A stretch of DNA of 64,000 nt from Flavobacteriaceae bacterium (GTDB taxonomy: Bacteria; Bacteroidota; Bacteroidia; Flavobacteriales; Flavobacteriaceae), in contig CANLLR010000010.1 in assembly GCA_947491985.1 (NCBI GenBank), positions 4,920 through 68,919 on the forward strand, in the 5' to 3' direction. Shown here piece by piece: positions 8,428-19,375 of this stretch; positions within the stretch are counted from its first letter, which is position 1, and every line of letters starts with the position of its first letter. The notes beneath the pieces were generated by a model, which saw only the letters and a program-made list of their open reading frames with translations, did not search any database and had not been told where the DNA came from. The position numbers and the translations under genes are program-made.

Positions 8428-9177
8428 ATGGCTAAATGGCAAGAAAGAGCTGAACTTCTCTTTAAAAAAGAAGGTTTAGAAAATTTAAAAAACGCCCACG
8501 TTTTAGTGGTCGGAGTAGGTGGCGTGGGTTCGTTTGCCGCCGAGTTTTTAGCACGAGCTGGCGTCGGACATCTGACTATTGTAGATGGTGATGTTGTCGA
8601 TATTACTAACATCAACCGACAGTTGCCTGCGTTGCATTCGACCGTTGGGATGACCAAAATTGACGTCGTTGGCGATCGGTTATTGGATATAAATCCGGAG
8701 TTACATCTCACGAAAGTGAAAGAATTTTTATCACCCGAACGCGCTTTTGACATCGTCGAAGAGCACTACGATTATGTATTGGATTGCATCGACAGCGTAA
8801 CACCAAAGCTCAATTTAATTGTCGGAGCCAAACGAAAAAGAGTAAAAATCATCTCCTCGATGGGCGCTGGTGGCAAAATGGAAGCGGCAAAAGTAAAAGT
8901 CGCCGACATCACTAATACGGTCAATTGCATGTTTGCTAAAACCATCCGTCGCCGATTGAAAGAATTTAAAATTGACAAATTAAAAGTGGTTTTTTCTTCT
9001 GAAATTCAAGACGAAAGCAGTTTGAAAATGACTGATGGCTCTAATTTTAAAAAATCTTTTTACGGAACCAACAGTTACATGCCGGGACTTTTTGGTTTAT
9101 ATATGGCTGAAACAGTGATTCGGTATTTGATTAAAAAAGAATCAGGCACTCAGACACTAACCAATTCAGACACTTAA
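8428..9177 (+). CDS. tcdA: tRNA threonylcarbamoyladenosine dehydratase (ThiF family)
   Basis: GVGGVGS, DGDVVDITNINRQ, DCIDS, SSMGAGGK. Confidence 0.88.
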   Translation: MAKWQERAELLFKKEGLENLKNAHVLVVGVGGVGSFAAEFLARAGVGHLTIVDGDVVDITNINRQLPALHSTVGMTKIDVVGDRLLDINPELHLTKVKEFLSPERAFDIVEEHYDYVLDCIDSVTPKLNLIVGAKRKRVKIISSMGAGGKMEAAKVKVADITNTVNCMFAKTIRRRLKEFKIDKLKVVFSSEIQDESSLKMTDGSNFKKSFYGTNSYMPGLFGLYMAETVIRYLIKKESGTQTLTNSDT

Positions 9178-9179
9178 AA

Positions 9180-9839
9180 ATGATTAAAACAGTAATCTTC
9201 GACATGGATGGCGTAATTGTCGACACCGAACCGGTGCATCATTTTGCCTACCACCAACATTTTAAGCAATTGAACATAGAAGTTTCGCGTGAAATGTATG
9301 CCTCGTTTACTGGAAATTCGACCAAAAATATATACGAGCGATTGAAAGGCATTTTCAATTTAGAAGATGACGTACCAACTTTGGTTCAAACCAAACGCAG
9401 CTTGTTTAACGACGCTTTTGATAACAAAGAAGATTTGTATTTATTAGATGGCGTAGTCGATTTAATTGAAGAATTGTATCAAAATAACATGCAATTGGTT
9501 TTGGCTTCTTCATCGGCAAAAGTAACGATTCAGCGTATTTTTAATCGGTTTGATTTGCACCAGTATTTTAGACATATCGTTTCTGGAGAAGATTTTCCGA
9601 AGTCGAAACCACATCCAGCCATTTTTGAACAAGCTGCTTTTTTAGCACAAACACCTGTTGAAAATTGTATTGTAATTGAAGACAGTACCAACGGAATTTT
9701 AGCAGCAAAAGCGGCCGGAATATATTGTGTTGGTTATGATAGTGTGAACTCGAAATTGCAAGATTATTCGTTGGCGGATGTTGTTATTAATCATTTTAAC
9801 GAATTAAATTTTGAAGCCATCCGAAACATTCGTGTATAA
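9180..9839 (+). CDS. HAD family phosphatase (beta-PGM/CbbY-like)
   Basis: FDMDGVIVDTE, ASSS, KPHP, IEDS. Confidence 0.9.
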   Translation: MIKTVIFDMDGVIVDTEPVHHFAYHQHFKQLNIEVSREMYASFTGNSTKNIYERLKGIFNLEDDVPTLVQTKRSLFNDAFDNKEDLYLLDGVVDLIEELYQNNMQLVLASSSAKVTIQRIFNRFDLHQYFRHIVSGEDFPKSKPHPAIFEQAAFLAQTPVENCIVIEDSTNGILAAKAAGIYCVGYDSVNSKLQDYSLADVVINHFNELNFEAIRNIRV

Positions 9840-9883
9840 AAAAAGCCATTACAAAATGACTTTGGTTACTAAGTGCAGGCGTA

Positions 9884-11341
9884 TTATTTTTTGATTTCTA
9901 CATTGACATGTTTTTCTACTATACGTTTCCCCTCTTTTTTTACGTCACTCTTTTTGCGAAACGACCAGAAGAAATCACTCGAAAATCGTCGTGCTTCCTC
10001 CAAATTAACAATTGGAAAAGGATAGTCATTTCCTATTTCAAAGTCGTACAACATTTGTTCGATTAGCGTTAATTTCCATGGTTCATGAAGAAATTCTATG
10101 GGAATGTTTGCCAATTCAGGCACCCATTTTTTAATAAAGGTTCCGTCAGGATCATGTTCGTAGGAATTCTTCACCGGATTATAAACTCGTAACGTATTCA
10201 CACCCGTAACACCTGCTTGCATTTGAATTTGTGGATAATGAATTCCGGGTTCAAAATCTAAAAATTGTTGTGCCAAGTGTGGACTGCAATTTTGCCACGG
10301 TTGAAACAAATGATGCGTATAAAACGAAACTACTAAGGCTCGCATTCTAAAATTCAAATAGCCTGTGGTATTCAAACAACGCATACACGCATCAACGAGA
10401 GGAACGCCCGTTTTGCCTTGAGTCCAAGCGGTGTGATAACGCTCGTTTACTTCTTGATTTAACTGGCGATAGCCTTTGTTTACTGCCATAAATTCCATGC
10501 TACATTCCATTTCAAATTTCTGAATAAAATGGGCTTGCCAGCGCAAACGGGAAGCGAAATTATCAATTTGACGTTTCGATACACTTTTCTTTCTTGTTTC
10601 CCAAGCGGCGGTATACACTTGTCGGATGGAGAGATTTCCCCAAGCAACATAAGGTGATAATCGACTACAGCCTTTTCTGGCCAATTCAGGTTTGGAGATG
10701 TGTTTGCTGTAATTTGCAACGCGCTCGTTGAGAAAACTATTTAAATAACGCAGGGCAGTTGGCGTGCCTCCTTTTTGAAAAGGTACATCTTTTGGTGTTT
10801 GCAACGAAGGTATAGCAAAGTGTTTTTCTAATTCTTCAATGGCAATGCAATCCATGAAATTTTCACTATTTGCAGTAAATGGCAACGGATCTTTGTCCAT
10901 ATAATCGTACCAATCGTTTTTCCATGATTGTCGGTTTTTAAGTCCGCGAAATACACCATTGGTTATGAATTCGTTCCAAATGATGTTTTTTTGTTTGCAC
11001 AATTTTGCAACCTCAATATCCCGGTCGTAAGTTCGTTTGATTCCTGTTTCTTGATGCGAAAATACTGTGTTTATCGAGAAGAGTTCATTTAATTTTTCAA
11101 AAACGGGTAGTGCTTCGCCTTCAATGATTAGGATTTTTGTACTGAATGGTGCGAGTTCATTCTGTAAAGATTCTAATGATTGTTTTATAAAGTCAAAATG
11201 ACGTTGACTGTAATGGCAATCATTATTTAAAGAAGGTTCAAAAATATACAGCAGCAGTACTTTTTCCGATGTGGATAAAGCGTTATGAAGTGCTTCATTA
11301 TCGAGTAAACGTAAATCTTTTTTGAACCAAACTATTTTCAT
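9884..11341 (-). CDS. Cryptochrome/photolyase family FAD-binding protein
   Basis: [38 protein letters not shown]. Confidence 0.88.
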   Translation of the reverse strand: MKIVWFKKDLRLLDNEALHNALSTSEKVLLLYIFEPSLNNDCHYSQRHFDFIKQSLESLQNELAPFSTKILIIEGEALPVFEKLNELFSINTVFSHQETGIKRTYDRDIEVAKLCKQKNIIWNEFITNGVFRGLKNRQSWKNDWYDYMDKDPLPFTANSENFMDCIAIEELEKHFAIPSLQTPKDVPFQKGGTPTALRYLNSFLNERVANYSKHISKPELARKGCSRLSPYVAWGNLSIRQVYTAAWETRKKSVSKRQIDNFASRLRWQAHFIQKFEMECSMEFMAVNKGYRQLNQEVNERYHTAWTQGKTGVPLVDACMRCLNTTGYLNFRMRALVVSFYTHHLFQPWQNCSPHLAQQFLDFEPGIHYPQIQMQAGVTGVNTLRVYNPVKNSYEHDPDGTFIKKWVPELANIPIEFLHEPWKLTLIEQMLYDFEIGNDYPFPIVNLEEARRFSSDFFWSFRKKSDVKKEGKRIVEKHVNVEIKK

Positions 11342-11425
11342 GTTTATAAGTCACTACTTTTTTAGCTGCTTTTTTGAAATGGAATGTAAAAAAAATAATT
11401 TGAACAGGGAACACTCAACACTATC

Positions 11426-12712
11426 TTAGCCTACCGCTTCTTTATATACTCGAAGGCATTTCTCACGAGCTTCTTTATGATCTACTATAGGTTTTGGATA
11501 ATGTAAAGTATCAAATTCTGGAATCCATTTTTTGATGTATTTTAAGTCTTTATCGAATTTTTTAACTTGTTCGGTAGGATTAAAAATTCTAAAGTAAGGT
11601 GCTGCGTCAACTCCACTTCCGGCTGCCCATTGCCAATTGCCTACATTGCTTGCTTGTTCATAATCTAACAATTTGGAGGCAAAATAGGTTTCGCCCCAAC
11701 GCCAATCAATGAGTAAATGTTTGCATAAAAAACTTGCAGTTATCATTCGCACACGATTGTGCATGTGACCTGTAGCGTTTAGTTCGCGCATTCCGGCATC
11801 AACAAAAGGATAACCTGTTTTGCCATCACACCATTTTTGAAATAGTTCTTCGTTATTATCCCAATCGATGGCATCGTATTTTGGTCGGAAGCTCGACTGA
11901 TTGGTATGAGGAAAATGCCATAAAATTTGCATGAAAAATTCCCTCCAAATAAGTTCTTTCAGAAATGTTTCATTTTTACTTTGAATGGCTTTTGCTACCA
12001 TTTTCCGAATAGAAACCGCTCCAAATCGCAAGTAAATGCCGAGATAGGAAGTTTTGTTCAACGCAGGAAAATTCCGTGTCGCTTCGTAATTGTCTATTAA
12101 TGGTGCAGAAATATCAAAGGGAGTAACATTGATGGTTGATGTTTCAAATCCGATGTCTGACAAACTCAAAAAAGGGTAGGAGTGTATCGCTATTTTATTT
12201 AGATATTCTTCGGAATTGTAATTAAATAACGAAATTTTCTTAAAGTTTTCTTTCCATTTATTGGAATAAGGAGTATAGACTACATAAGGAGTACCGTTGT
12301 CTTTTACTACCTCGCTTTTTTCAAAAATGACTTGGTCTTTACTGGTTTTGAATTCGATATTGTGGTCTTTAAAAAGAGGAAATAATTCCAAATCGCGTTT
12401 GCGTGCATACGGTTCATAATCGTGATTGGTATACACGGCTTTAATCGTATTTTCTGAAAGTAGCTTTTGATATACTTCAAACGGTTTTCCGTGAAAAACA
12501 GCCAGTGATTTTCCGATACTTTGCAATTGACTTTGGATTTTTTCTAATTGCTGGTGAATAAAAGTAACACGCGCATCGTTTTTTGGTAATTGTGAAAGAA
12601 TAGCATTGTCAAAAATAAAAATAGGCAGCACCGTATCATCGTTTTTAAAAGCATGAAACAATGCTACATTATCCTCCAAACGCAAATCGCGACGAAACCA
12701 AAAAACGGTCAT
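11426..12712 (-). CDS. phrB: Deoxyribodipyrimidine photolyase
   Basis: WFRRDLRLEDN, WREFF, TGYPFVDAGMREL, MHNRVRM, NVGNWQW; start moved to ATG 12712. Confidence 0.9.
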   Translation of the reverse strand: MTVFWFRRDLRLEDNVALFHAFKNDDTVLPIFIFDNAILSQLPKNDARVTFIHQQLEKIQSQLQSIGKSLAVFHGKPFEVYQKLLSENTIKAVYTNHDYEPYARKRDLELFPLFKDHNIEFKTSKDQVIFEKSEVVKDNGTPYVVYTPYSNKWKENFKKISLFNYNSEEYLNKIAIHSYPFLSLSDIGFETSTINVTPFDISAPLIDNYEATRNFPALNKTSYLGIYLRFGAVSIRKMVAKAIQSKNETFLKELIWREFFMQILWHFPHTNQSSFRPKYDAIDWDNNEELFQKWCDGKTGYPFVDAGMRELNATGHMHNRVRMITASFLCKHLLIDWRWGETYFASKLLDYEQASNVGNWQWAAGSGVDAAPYFRIFNPTEQVKKFDKDLKYIKKWIPEFDTLHYPKPIVDHKEAREKCLRVYKEAVG

Positions 12713-12725
12713 ATTTGATTTGATA

Positions 12726-13421
12726 TTAATTGACCAATAGCGTCGACATACCACCGTCGACATGAAAAATTTGTCCCGAAATCCAACTGCTTTTATCACT
12801 CAATAAAAAGTGCGCCATTTGTGCCATATCTTCTGAAGTTCCAACGCGTTTTAGCGGGTGTCTTTCGGCTGATTTTTCTCTTTTTACATCATTATTTAAG
12901 AATTTATCTGCTAATGGCGTATCAGTCAGCGATGGCGCGATTACGTTGACTCTAATTTTCGGTGCGTATTCGGCAGCCAATGCTTTTGCAAAACCTTCGA
13001 TGGCGCCTTTTGAAGCGGCTACACTCGTATGAAAAGGCATTCCCATACTTGCAGCAACACTGCTAAACATAACAATACTCGATTGTTTTGATGCTGTTAA
13101 GTTTGGTAAAATCGATTGAATTACTTTGACCATAGCGATGAAATTTACTTGTAAATCGCTTTCAAAAGCATCGGGTTTTAATCCTTTAAAAGGACGTAAA
13201 TTGATACTTCCGGGGCAATACACCAAACCGTCAATTTGTTCTGGTAATTGTGACGTATCCAAAGTGTCGGTTGTAGCATCAAAAGTAAGATGCGTCACAT
13301 TCATGTCACTGATGTTTTCATTGGTTCTCGATGCAATGAAAACTTTGTTGTCGTATTGTAGTTCTTTGGCAATGGCCAATCCAATTCCGTAAGAACCACC
13401 AATTAAGAGTATATTTTTCAT
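12726..13421 (-). CDS. Short-chain dehydrogenase/reductase
   Basis: GGSYGIG, SSVA, HxxVAASK variant of YxxxK, DGG. Confidence 0.9.
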   Translation of the reverse strand: MKNILLIGGSYGIGLAIAKELQYDNKVFIASRTNENISDMNVTHLTFDATTDTLDTSQLPEQIDGLVYCPGSINLRPFKGLKPDAFESDLQVNFIAMVKVIQSILPNLTASKQSSIVMFSSVAASMGMPFHTSVAASKGAIEGFAKALAAEYAPKIRVNVIAPSLTDTPLADKFLNNDVKREKSAERHPLKRVGTSEDMAQMAHFLLSDKSSWISGQIFHVDGGMSTLLVN

Positions 13422-13424
13422 GAT

Positions 13425-13892
13425 TTATTTTTTAAATTCTCCGAACATTTCAATAAGTTTTTTTCTTCTGTATTCAAAAATTTCATCCAGTTTGGGTTTT
13501 ACTAGAAAGGGATGAACCAATTGTCCTAAAATTCCCATCGGAACTTTATAATCCACAATGTCTTCCATTTCAACGCCGCCTGGAATTGCTTTAATAAAAT
13601 GTTTGTGATGCCAAAGAGCATAAGGTCCGAAACGTTGTTCGTCAACAAAATATTCTTTATTTACTACATGCGTAATTTCGGTTACCCATTTGGTTTTGAT
13701 TCCAAGTACTGGTGTAACTATATATTGAATAATTTGTCCAGGATACATAGGTCTGTCGGCTCCAGAAAGGATTTTAAATCCCATATATTCAGGTGTGATT
13801 TTTTGTAAGTTTTTTGGATCAGACAGTAAATCCCATGCTTCATCAATAGTTATTGGTAAATTTTGTTTTGCATGCAATCGGAATATTTTCAT
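13425..13892 (-). CDS. SRPBCC (START-like) family protein
   Basis: PKNLQKITP, FVDEQRFGPYALWHHKH, IFEYR. Confidence 0.88.
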   Translation of the reverse strand: MKIFRLHAKQNLPITIDEAWDLLSDPKNLQKITPEYMGFKILSGADRPMYPGQIIQYIVTPVLGIKTKWVTEITHVVNKEYFVDEQRFGPYALWHHKHFIKAIPGGVEMEDIVDYKVPMGILGQLVHPFLVKPKLDEIFEYRRKKLIEMFGEFKK

Positions 13893-14040
13893 ATAAATAC
13901 AAGTTATTTTTTAAATGGTAAAGATACGATATGTTTAAATATTTTATCTATTTGTTAAACAGTTTGTAGGAGGATTTAAGTTTAAATTAACATTTGAAGA
14001 AAATACAATTTGTAATTTTGACGAACTAAAATAAAACAAC

Positions 14041-14895
14041 ATGAAAAAAATTATTTGTTTATGGGCAATGATAATTGCAAATTATGCTATAGAAGCACAA
14101 GTGAAAACTCCACAAGCTAGCCCGAAATCAGTGTTGACACAAGTAGTTGGCTTGACCGATGTTACGGTTGAATACTCACGACCAAGTGCTAAAGGAAGAG
14201 CTGTTTTTGGTGATTTGGTTCCATTTGGCAAGGTATGGAGAACTGGAGCTAACGCCAACACTACTGTTACTTTTAGCGATGATGTAGTAATAAAAGGAAC
14301 TATATTAAAAAAAGGTAAATATGCGATTTTCACAATGCCTAAAGCGGATATATGGGAAGTGATTTTTTACACCGCTACAGACAATTGGGGAACACCAGAA
14401 AATTGGGATGAAAAAAATGTAGCCCTTAACACAAATGTTGATCCAATTGCTTTAGGAAATAATGTGGATACTTTTACTGTTGGTGTAAACAACATCACTA
14501 ACGATAGTGCCACTCTCGATATTGCTTGGGAAAAAACTATGGTTTCAGTGAAATTTGAAGTTCCAAGTCAAAAAATGGCAATGGCAAGTATTGAGAAAAC
14601 GTTGGCCGGACCAGTAGCGGGAGATTATTTCTCAGCTGGACAGTATTTATTCCAATCAAATGGTGATTTAAACAAAGCTTTAGAGTATGTAAACAAAGCG
14701 GTTGCTATGACAAAGCCAGGTGCTGATACTCCGTTTTGGTATTTAAGACAAAAATCATTAATCCAAGGGAAATTGGGTGATAAATCAGGTGCAATAGCAA
14801 CGGCTAAATTATCCTTAGAAGGTGCGGAAAAAGCTAAGAATGATGACTACGTTAAAATGAACAATGACAGTATAAAAGAGTGGAGTAAAAAATAA
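14041..14895 (+). CDS. DUF2911 domain exported protein with TPR-like C-terminus
   Basis: Signal peptide; SP, YSRP, FGDLVPFGKVWRTGAN. Confidence 0.88.
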   Translation: MKKIICLWAMIIANYAIEAQVKTPQASPKSVLTQVVGLTDVTVEYSRPSAKGRAVFGDLVPFGKVWRTGANANTTVTFSDDVVIKGTILKKGKYAIFTMPKADIWEVIFYTATDNWGTPENWDEKNVALNTNVDPIALGNNVDTFTVGVNNITNDSATLDIAWEKTMVSVKFEVPSQKMAMASIEKTLAGPVAGDYFSAGQYLFQSNGDLNKALEYVNKAVAMTKPGADTPFWYLRQKSLIQGKLGDKSGAIATAKLSLEGAEKAKNDDYVKMNNDSIKEWSKK

Positions 14896-14912
14896 TTACA
14901 CTTTCTGATAGT

Positions 14913-14950
14913 AAAACCACGAATTCATAACAATTGAATTCGTGGTTTTT
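14913..14950. terminator. Bidirectional intrinsic terminator
   Basis: AAAACCACGAATTCA...TGAATTCGTGGTTTTT between convergent genes. Confidence 0.85.
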
Positions 14951-16672
14951 TTATGCTATCATTTTATTTTTTTGATTGGTAGTAAATTGGAAGAGTACTG
15001 CAAAAAGTAAGGTGAGCATAGCACCAATGAAATTCAACCACAAATACCCTAATTTTTCTTGTCCGCTTGGTTGACTGAAAATAGAAAAGTAAAATAGTAA
15101 AAAGATAATCGACTGACTCAAACAAGCCGATAAAAACATCGCATTTGCCTTTACATATTTGAAGTAAAAACCGACTAAGAAAATTCCTAAAACCGTACCG
15201 TAAAATATCGAACCAATAATATTTACCAACTGAATTAGATTCTCAAATAAAGCACTCACGCAAGCGAATAAAATGGCGATTATTCCCCAAACTAATGTGA
15301 AAAACTTAGTTGCATTTACATAATGTTTGTCGGATTTTGTAACTTTTAAATTTCGTTTGTAAATATCAATCGAAGTAGTTGATGCCAATGCAGTCAAACC
15401 TGACGCGGACGACGACATGGCAGCCGATAAAATTACAGCAAGTAATAATCCGATCAATCCTTTTGGTAAATAATTCAATATAAAATACAAAAACACATAA
15501 TCTTTATCGTTTGTTTCTGCTTTGCCATCGGCTTTGCTTATCAGCGTTTTAGCTTGTTCACGCAAATCTTTTTCCTTTCCAGATAAAGCAACCAATCGAC
15601 TTCTTAAAATAGGGTTATCATAATTTTGGTTCAAATGATCCATGTACAACAAATTGTATTCTTTTTTCTCTTCCGTAAGAGCAACCAATTGCTCTTCCAA
15701 TGTATGATATTGCTCGGCATATTCTGATTTTTCGATAATTTCTTTGTTCACTGGATTAAAATTCAGCGGTACATCATTAAACTGAAAAAACACAAAAACC
15801 ATAACACCTGTCAACAATATAAAAAACTGCATCGGCACTTTCAGAAATCCGTTCATGATTAATCCCATTTGACTTTCACGAATCGATTTTCCCGATAAAT
15901 AGCGTCCCACTTGCGATTGATCGGTTCCGAAATACGAAAGCATCAAGAAAAATCCACCTGTGATTCCCGACCAAAATGTGTAGCGACTTTCAGGATCGAT
16001 AGAAAAATCTAAAATGTTCATTTTGTCATTCGCACCTGCAATATGCATTGCATTGCTAAACGTCATGTCGTTTGGCAGCATATATAAAATGAGGAAGAAC
16101 GTGATAAACATTCCACTCATGATTACAAACATTTGTTGCTTTTGCGTGACATTAACGGCTTTAGTTCCGCCCGTGAACGTATAGATAATTACTAAAATTC
16201 CGATGATGATGTTGAGCAAAGTTAAATTCCAACCCAACAAGGTCGATAATATAATAGACGGTGCGTAAATGGTTAGTCCAGTTCCCAATCCACGTTGCAC
16301 TAAAAACAAAATGGAAGCCAACGAACGCGTTTTTAAATCGAAGCGATTTTCTAAATATTCGTAAGCTGTAAAGACTTTTAATCGGTTGTAAATGGGAATA
16401 AATGTTACACAAATTACGACCATCGCAATGGGCAAACCAAAATAAAATTGCACAAAACCCATTCCGTCATGATACGCTTGACCGGGAGTTGATAAAAAGG
16501 TAATGGCGCTGGCTTGTGTTGCCATTACAGAAAGTCCAACCGTCCACCAATTGGTTTCTTGATTTCCTAAAATATATTCTTCTACGTTTTTACTTCCTTT
16601 GGTTTTATACACTCCATAAACCACTATGGATAAAAGCGTGACACAAAGTATGATCCAGTCGATTTGTTGCAT
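14951..16672 (-). CDS. Sodium:solute symporter family protein
   Basis: SVMATQASAITF, YEYLENRF, GTDQSQVGRYL, AAMSS. Confidence 0.92.
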   Translation of the reverse strand: MQQIDWIILCVTLLSIVVYGVYKTKGSKNVEEYILGNQETNWWTVGLSVMATQASAITFLSTPGQAYHDGMGFVQFYFGLPIAMVVICVTFIPIYNRLKVFTAYEYLENRFDLKTRSLASILFLVQRGLGTGLTIYAPSIILSTLLGWNLTLLNIIIGILVIIYTFTGGTKAVNVTQKQQMFVIMSGMFITFFLILYMLPNDMTFSNAMHIAGANDKMNILDFSIDPESRYTFWSGITGGFFLMLSYFGTDQSQVGRYLSGKSIRESQMGLIMNGFLKVPMQFFILLTGVMVFVFFQFNDVPLNFNPVNKEIIEKSEYAEQYHTLEEQLVALTEEKKEYNLLYMDHLNQNYDNPILRSRLVALSGKEKDLREQAKTLISKADGKAETNDKDYVFLYFILNYLPKGLIGLLLAVILSAAMSSSASGLTALASTTSIDIYKRNLKVTKSDKHYVNATKFFTLVWGIIAILFACVSALFENLIQLVNIIGSIFYGTVLGIFLVGFYFKYVKANAMFLSACLSQSIIFLLFYFSIFSQPSGQEKLGYLWLNFIGAMLTLLFAVLFQFTTNQKNKMIA

Positions 16673-16675
16673 GGC

Positions 16676-16777
16676 TTACGAAAAAAGTTGCATTAGTAAA
16701 AAAAAGACAATAATGTACAGAGCATTAATCAGTAAAAGCCATGAGTAACTCGATTTCCAGCGATTTTCTTTTCCCAT
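16676..16777 (-). CDS. 33-aa single-TM protein upstream of the symporter (not in the ORF track)
   Basis: MGKENRWKSSYSWLLLINALYIIVFFLLMQLFS; fills the gap with 2-3 bp spacing on each side. Confidence 0.75.
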   Translation of the reverse strand: MGKENRWKSSYSWLLLINALYIIVFFLLMQLFS

Positions 16778-16779
16778 AA

Positions 16780-19269
16780 TTAATTTCCTATTGCAATCAT
16801 GTTAGCCAATAATCGGTAAGCACCAGACACACCTTCTGGGAGTTCTCTGAAGAAGCTTAAACCGGTATAAATATAATTTCCTTTACCATATTTTGCTACT
16901 ACTAAGGCACCATTTTTAGCTTTTTCACCTTTGTCATTCGCAGAAAGTATTGCAGTAAAATTTTTGTCCCATTCACTTGGATAATACAATCCTTGCTCTT
17001 GTTTCCAACCTTTAAAATCGTTTAGCGTAATTTTGTTGGGATAGTTTAGCACCTTGTGATCGGGAGCTAAAAATCGAACTTCAGCATCTTCTTCTGTTAC
17101 ACGATCACGAGATATTTTTAAAGGATATGGTGAAAAATCCTTAGTCACCATGTCGTCAGTAGTGTTATACTGAACTATCATTGTCTTTCCGTTTTTTACA
17201 AAATCGAGCAGAATGGCTTGTTTGAAAGCCAATGCGTTTACCACATTGTATGCTCTAATTCCGGTTATTACCACATCAAAATTGACTAGTTTTTCAGACG
17301 AAATCTCTTCTGGTTTTATTATGGTAACGTCATAGCCCATTTGGGTGAGACTTTTCGGAACTTCATCGCCAGCACCCATTATGTATGCGATTTTTTCGTT
17401 TTTCGTTTTGATATCGAGTTTGATTGCTTTGGCTTCCGATGGTTTCAATACCATTTGCTTAGAAATATGACCGTAGTTGATGTCGATTTTTTCTTTATGA
17501 TATGTTTTGCCATCTAAAGTGATGCTGCTCTTTAAAGTGACTTCTGATGCCGATTTTGAAGGAGTTACTGCGAAATTAACTTGCTCTTCTTGCCCTTTTT
17601 TAGCTATTGAAAACGGCATTTCTTTAGGTGATACCGACCAGTTTTGTGGGACTTCCAACTTAACCGTTCCGTTGCTGTTGTTATCCCCCGCTTTTACACT
17701 AACGGCAATGTTTTTTGGTTTATCCGAATTAAAAATGTAGACTTTTTCTGCAATTGATGAAGTCACTACCGGAACGATATCAAAGGGTTGGTATACCTCT
17801 CCTTTAACATCATCATTGTATTTATAGATAATTGTTCGTTCAAACGGAATCGTTACACCATTAATTGCTATTAAAAAAGTAGCGTTTTGGGTTCGAATTA
17901 CATCAGGCTTACCAATGTTTTCTTGGTTGTCGACTCGGTACATTCCATCAGTTCCTTTTTGATTTAACCAATACGGCGCTGTAAAGTCGGTGTTCTCCGG
18001 TAAAATAACTTCAAACTCGTAAGTAACTGCCTTATTGAATTCAAGTTTTTTTGCTTCAAAAGGTACCGTTGCATTTGGCAAAGCAATGGAAATTAATTGC
18101 ATTTCCACAGCACTTCGGTTGATGGTTTCCACTTTCAGATCAACTTCAGTACCGCTTATTGCTTCTTGAGTATTGGCAACAGCTTCCAAATACAAACCTG
18201 TGCATGCAGCAATGATTTTCTTGATTTCTTCCGATTTGATAGTTTTCCAATGGTTGTCTTCTAATTTCTGAATCAAATCGTAGGCTTTCACTAGCTCAGT
18301 AATACTAGCTGATGGATTGTTGTAATCGAAATTCTTTTGAACGGTAGATAAAATTGCGCCAATAGTTTTACCATTTTTCACACGATTCCACGTGGTGTCG
18401 ATACCTTCAAAAATAGTATTTTTGTCTTGTAGACGATCGCCTTTTAAGAATTCGAGGTATTCGTTTTCTTCTCCTCGAGCTCCGGTGCTACCAAAACCTT
18501 GCGACTGATGGCGACTCCGACTCAACGCGGCAATTTCTTGGTTTGACTTTCCGATGGAAGCATAATAAACTCCCGTTTGTAATTGCGCTAAATTTGATTT
18601 GTCTGCCTTATCAAACTTTTCTCTACTTCCATAAAACCACCACGATGTATTGAAAAAAACGCGTTTGGGTTGCCAAGTCGAAACTAATTTCAATTGTTCA
18701 GGATAGGCATTGGCGTCATTTACTTTTTCAAAGGCTTCTAGACTTAACATAGCCGAAGCCGTGTGATGACCGTGTGTTGTTCCCGGTGAACGATGGTCAA
18801 AACGGTTAATGATTACGTCGGGTTGGAATTTTCGGATGGCCCAAACAACATCACTTAACACTTCGTTTTTATTCCATATTTCTAGCGTTTCATCAGGAGT
18901 TTTTGAGTAACCAAAATCATTAGCTCGTGTAAAAAACTGTTCACCACCATCTATTTTTCGGGCTTCAATTAATTCTTGTGTACGAATAACACCTAACAAT
19001 TCTCGCAATTCGGGACCAATTAAATTTTGTCCACCATCACCTCGAGTCAAAGATAAATAACCTGTTCGTGCTTTATTTTCGTTGGATAAATACGAAATCA
19101 ATCGTGTGTTTTCGTCGTCTGGATGCGCTGCAATGTATAAAACCGAACCTAAGAAGTTGAGTTTTTGAATTTGATTGTATATTTCGGCAGCATTTGGCTT
19201 TTGTGGTTGTTGTGCAACGAGTTGAAATCCGATTAAGAAAAGAAATAATAGGGTATTTTTTTTTAGCAT
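16780..19269 (-). CDS. Exported PIG-L/LmbE family deacetylase, multidomain
   Basis: Signal peptide; AHPDDE, TRGDGGQN, HGHH; Ig-like middle region and glutamine-amidotransferase-like C-terminus. Confidence 0.9.
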   Translation of the reverse strand: MLKKNTLLFLFLIGFQLVAQQPQKPNAAEIYNQIQKLNFLGSVLYIAAHPDDENTRLISYLSNENKARTGYLSLTRGDGGQNLIGPELRELLGVIRTQELIEARKIDGGEQFFTRANDFGYSKTPDETLEIWNKNEVLSDVVWAIRKFQPDVIINRFDHRSPGTTHGHHTASAMLSLEAFEKVNDANAYPEQLKLVSTWQPKRVFFNTSWWFYGSREKFDKADKSNLAQLQTGVYYASIGKSNQEIAALSRSRHQSQGFGSTGARGEENEYLEFLKGDRLQDKNTIFEGIDTTWNRVKNGKTIGAILSTVQKNFDYNNPSASITELVKAYDLIQKLEDNHWKTIKSEEIKKIIAACTGLYLEAVANTQEAISGTEVDLKVETINRSAVEMQLISIALPNATVPFEAKKLEFNKAVTYEFEVILPENTDFTAPYWLNQKGTDGMYRVDNQENIGKPDVIRTQNATFLIAINGVTIPFERTIIYKYNDDVKGEVYQPFDIVPVVTSSIAEKVYIFNSDKPKNIAVSVKAGDNNSNGTVKLEVPQNWSVSPKEMPFSIAKKGQEEQVNFAVTPSKSASEVTLKSSITLDGKTYHKEKIDINYGHISKQMVLKPSEAKAIKLDIKTKNEKIAYIMGAGDEVPKSLTQMGYDVTIIKPEEISSEKLVNFDVVITGIRAYNVVNALAFKQAILLDFVKNGKTMIVQYNTTDDMVTKDFSPYPLKISRDRVTEEDAEVRFLAPDHKVLNYPNKITLNDFKGWKQEQGLYYPSEWDKNFTAILSANDKGEKAKNGALVVAKYGKGNYIYTGLSFFRELPEGVSGAYRLLANMIAIGN

Positions 19270-19375
19270 TTGCGTGTTGATTTTGCAATTGTACCAAAAG
19301 TATGAATTTATGAAAGTCGAAAACCATCTTTTTGATTTTCTTTAACAAAAAAGCGAATAAAAGGTATTTTACTCT

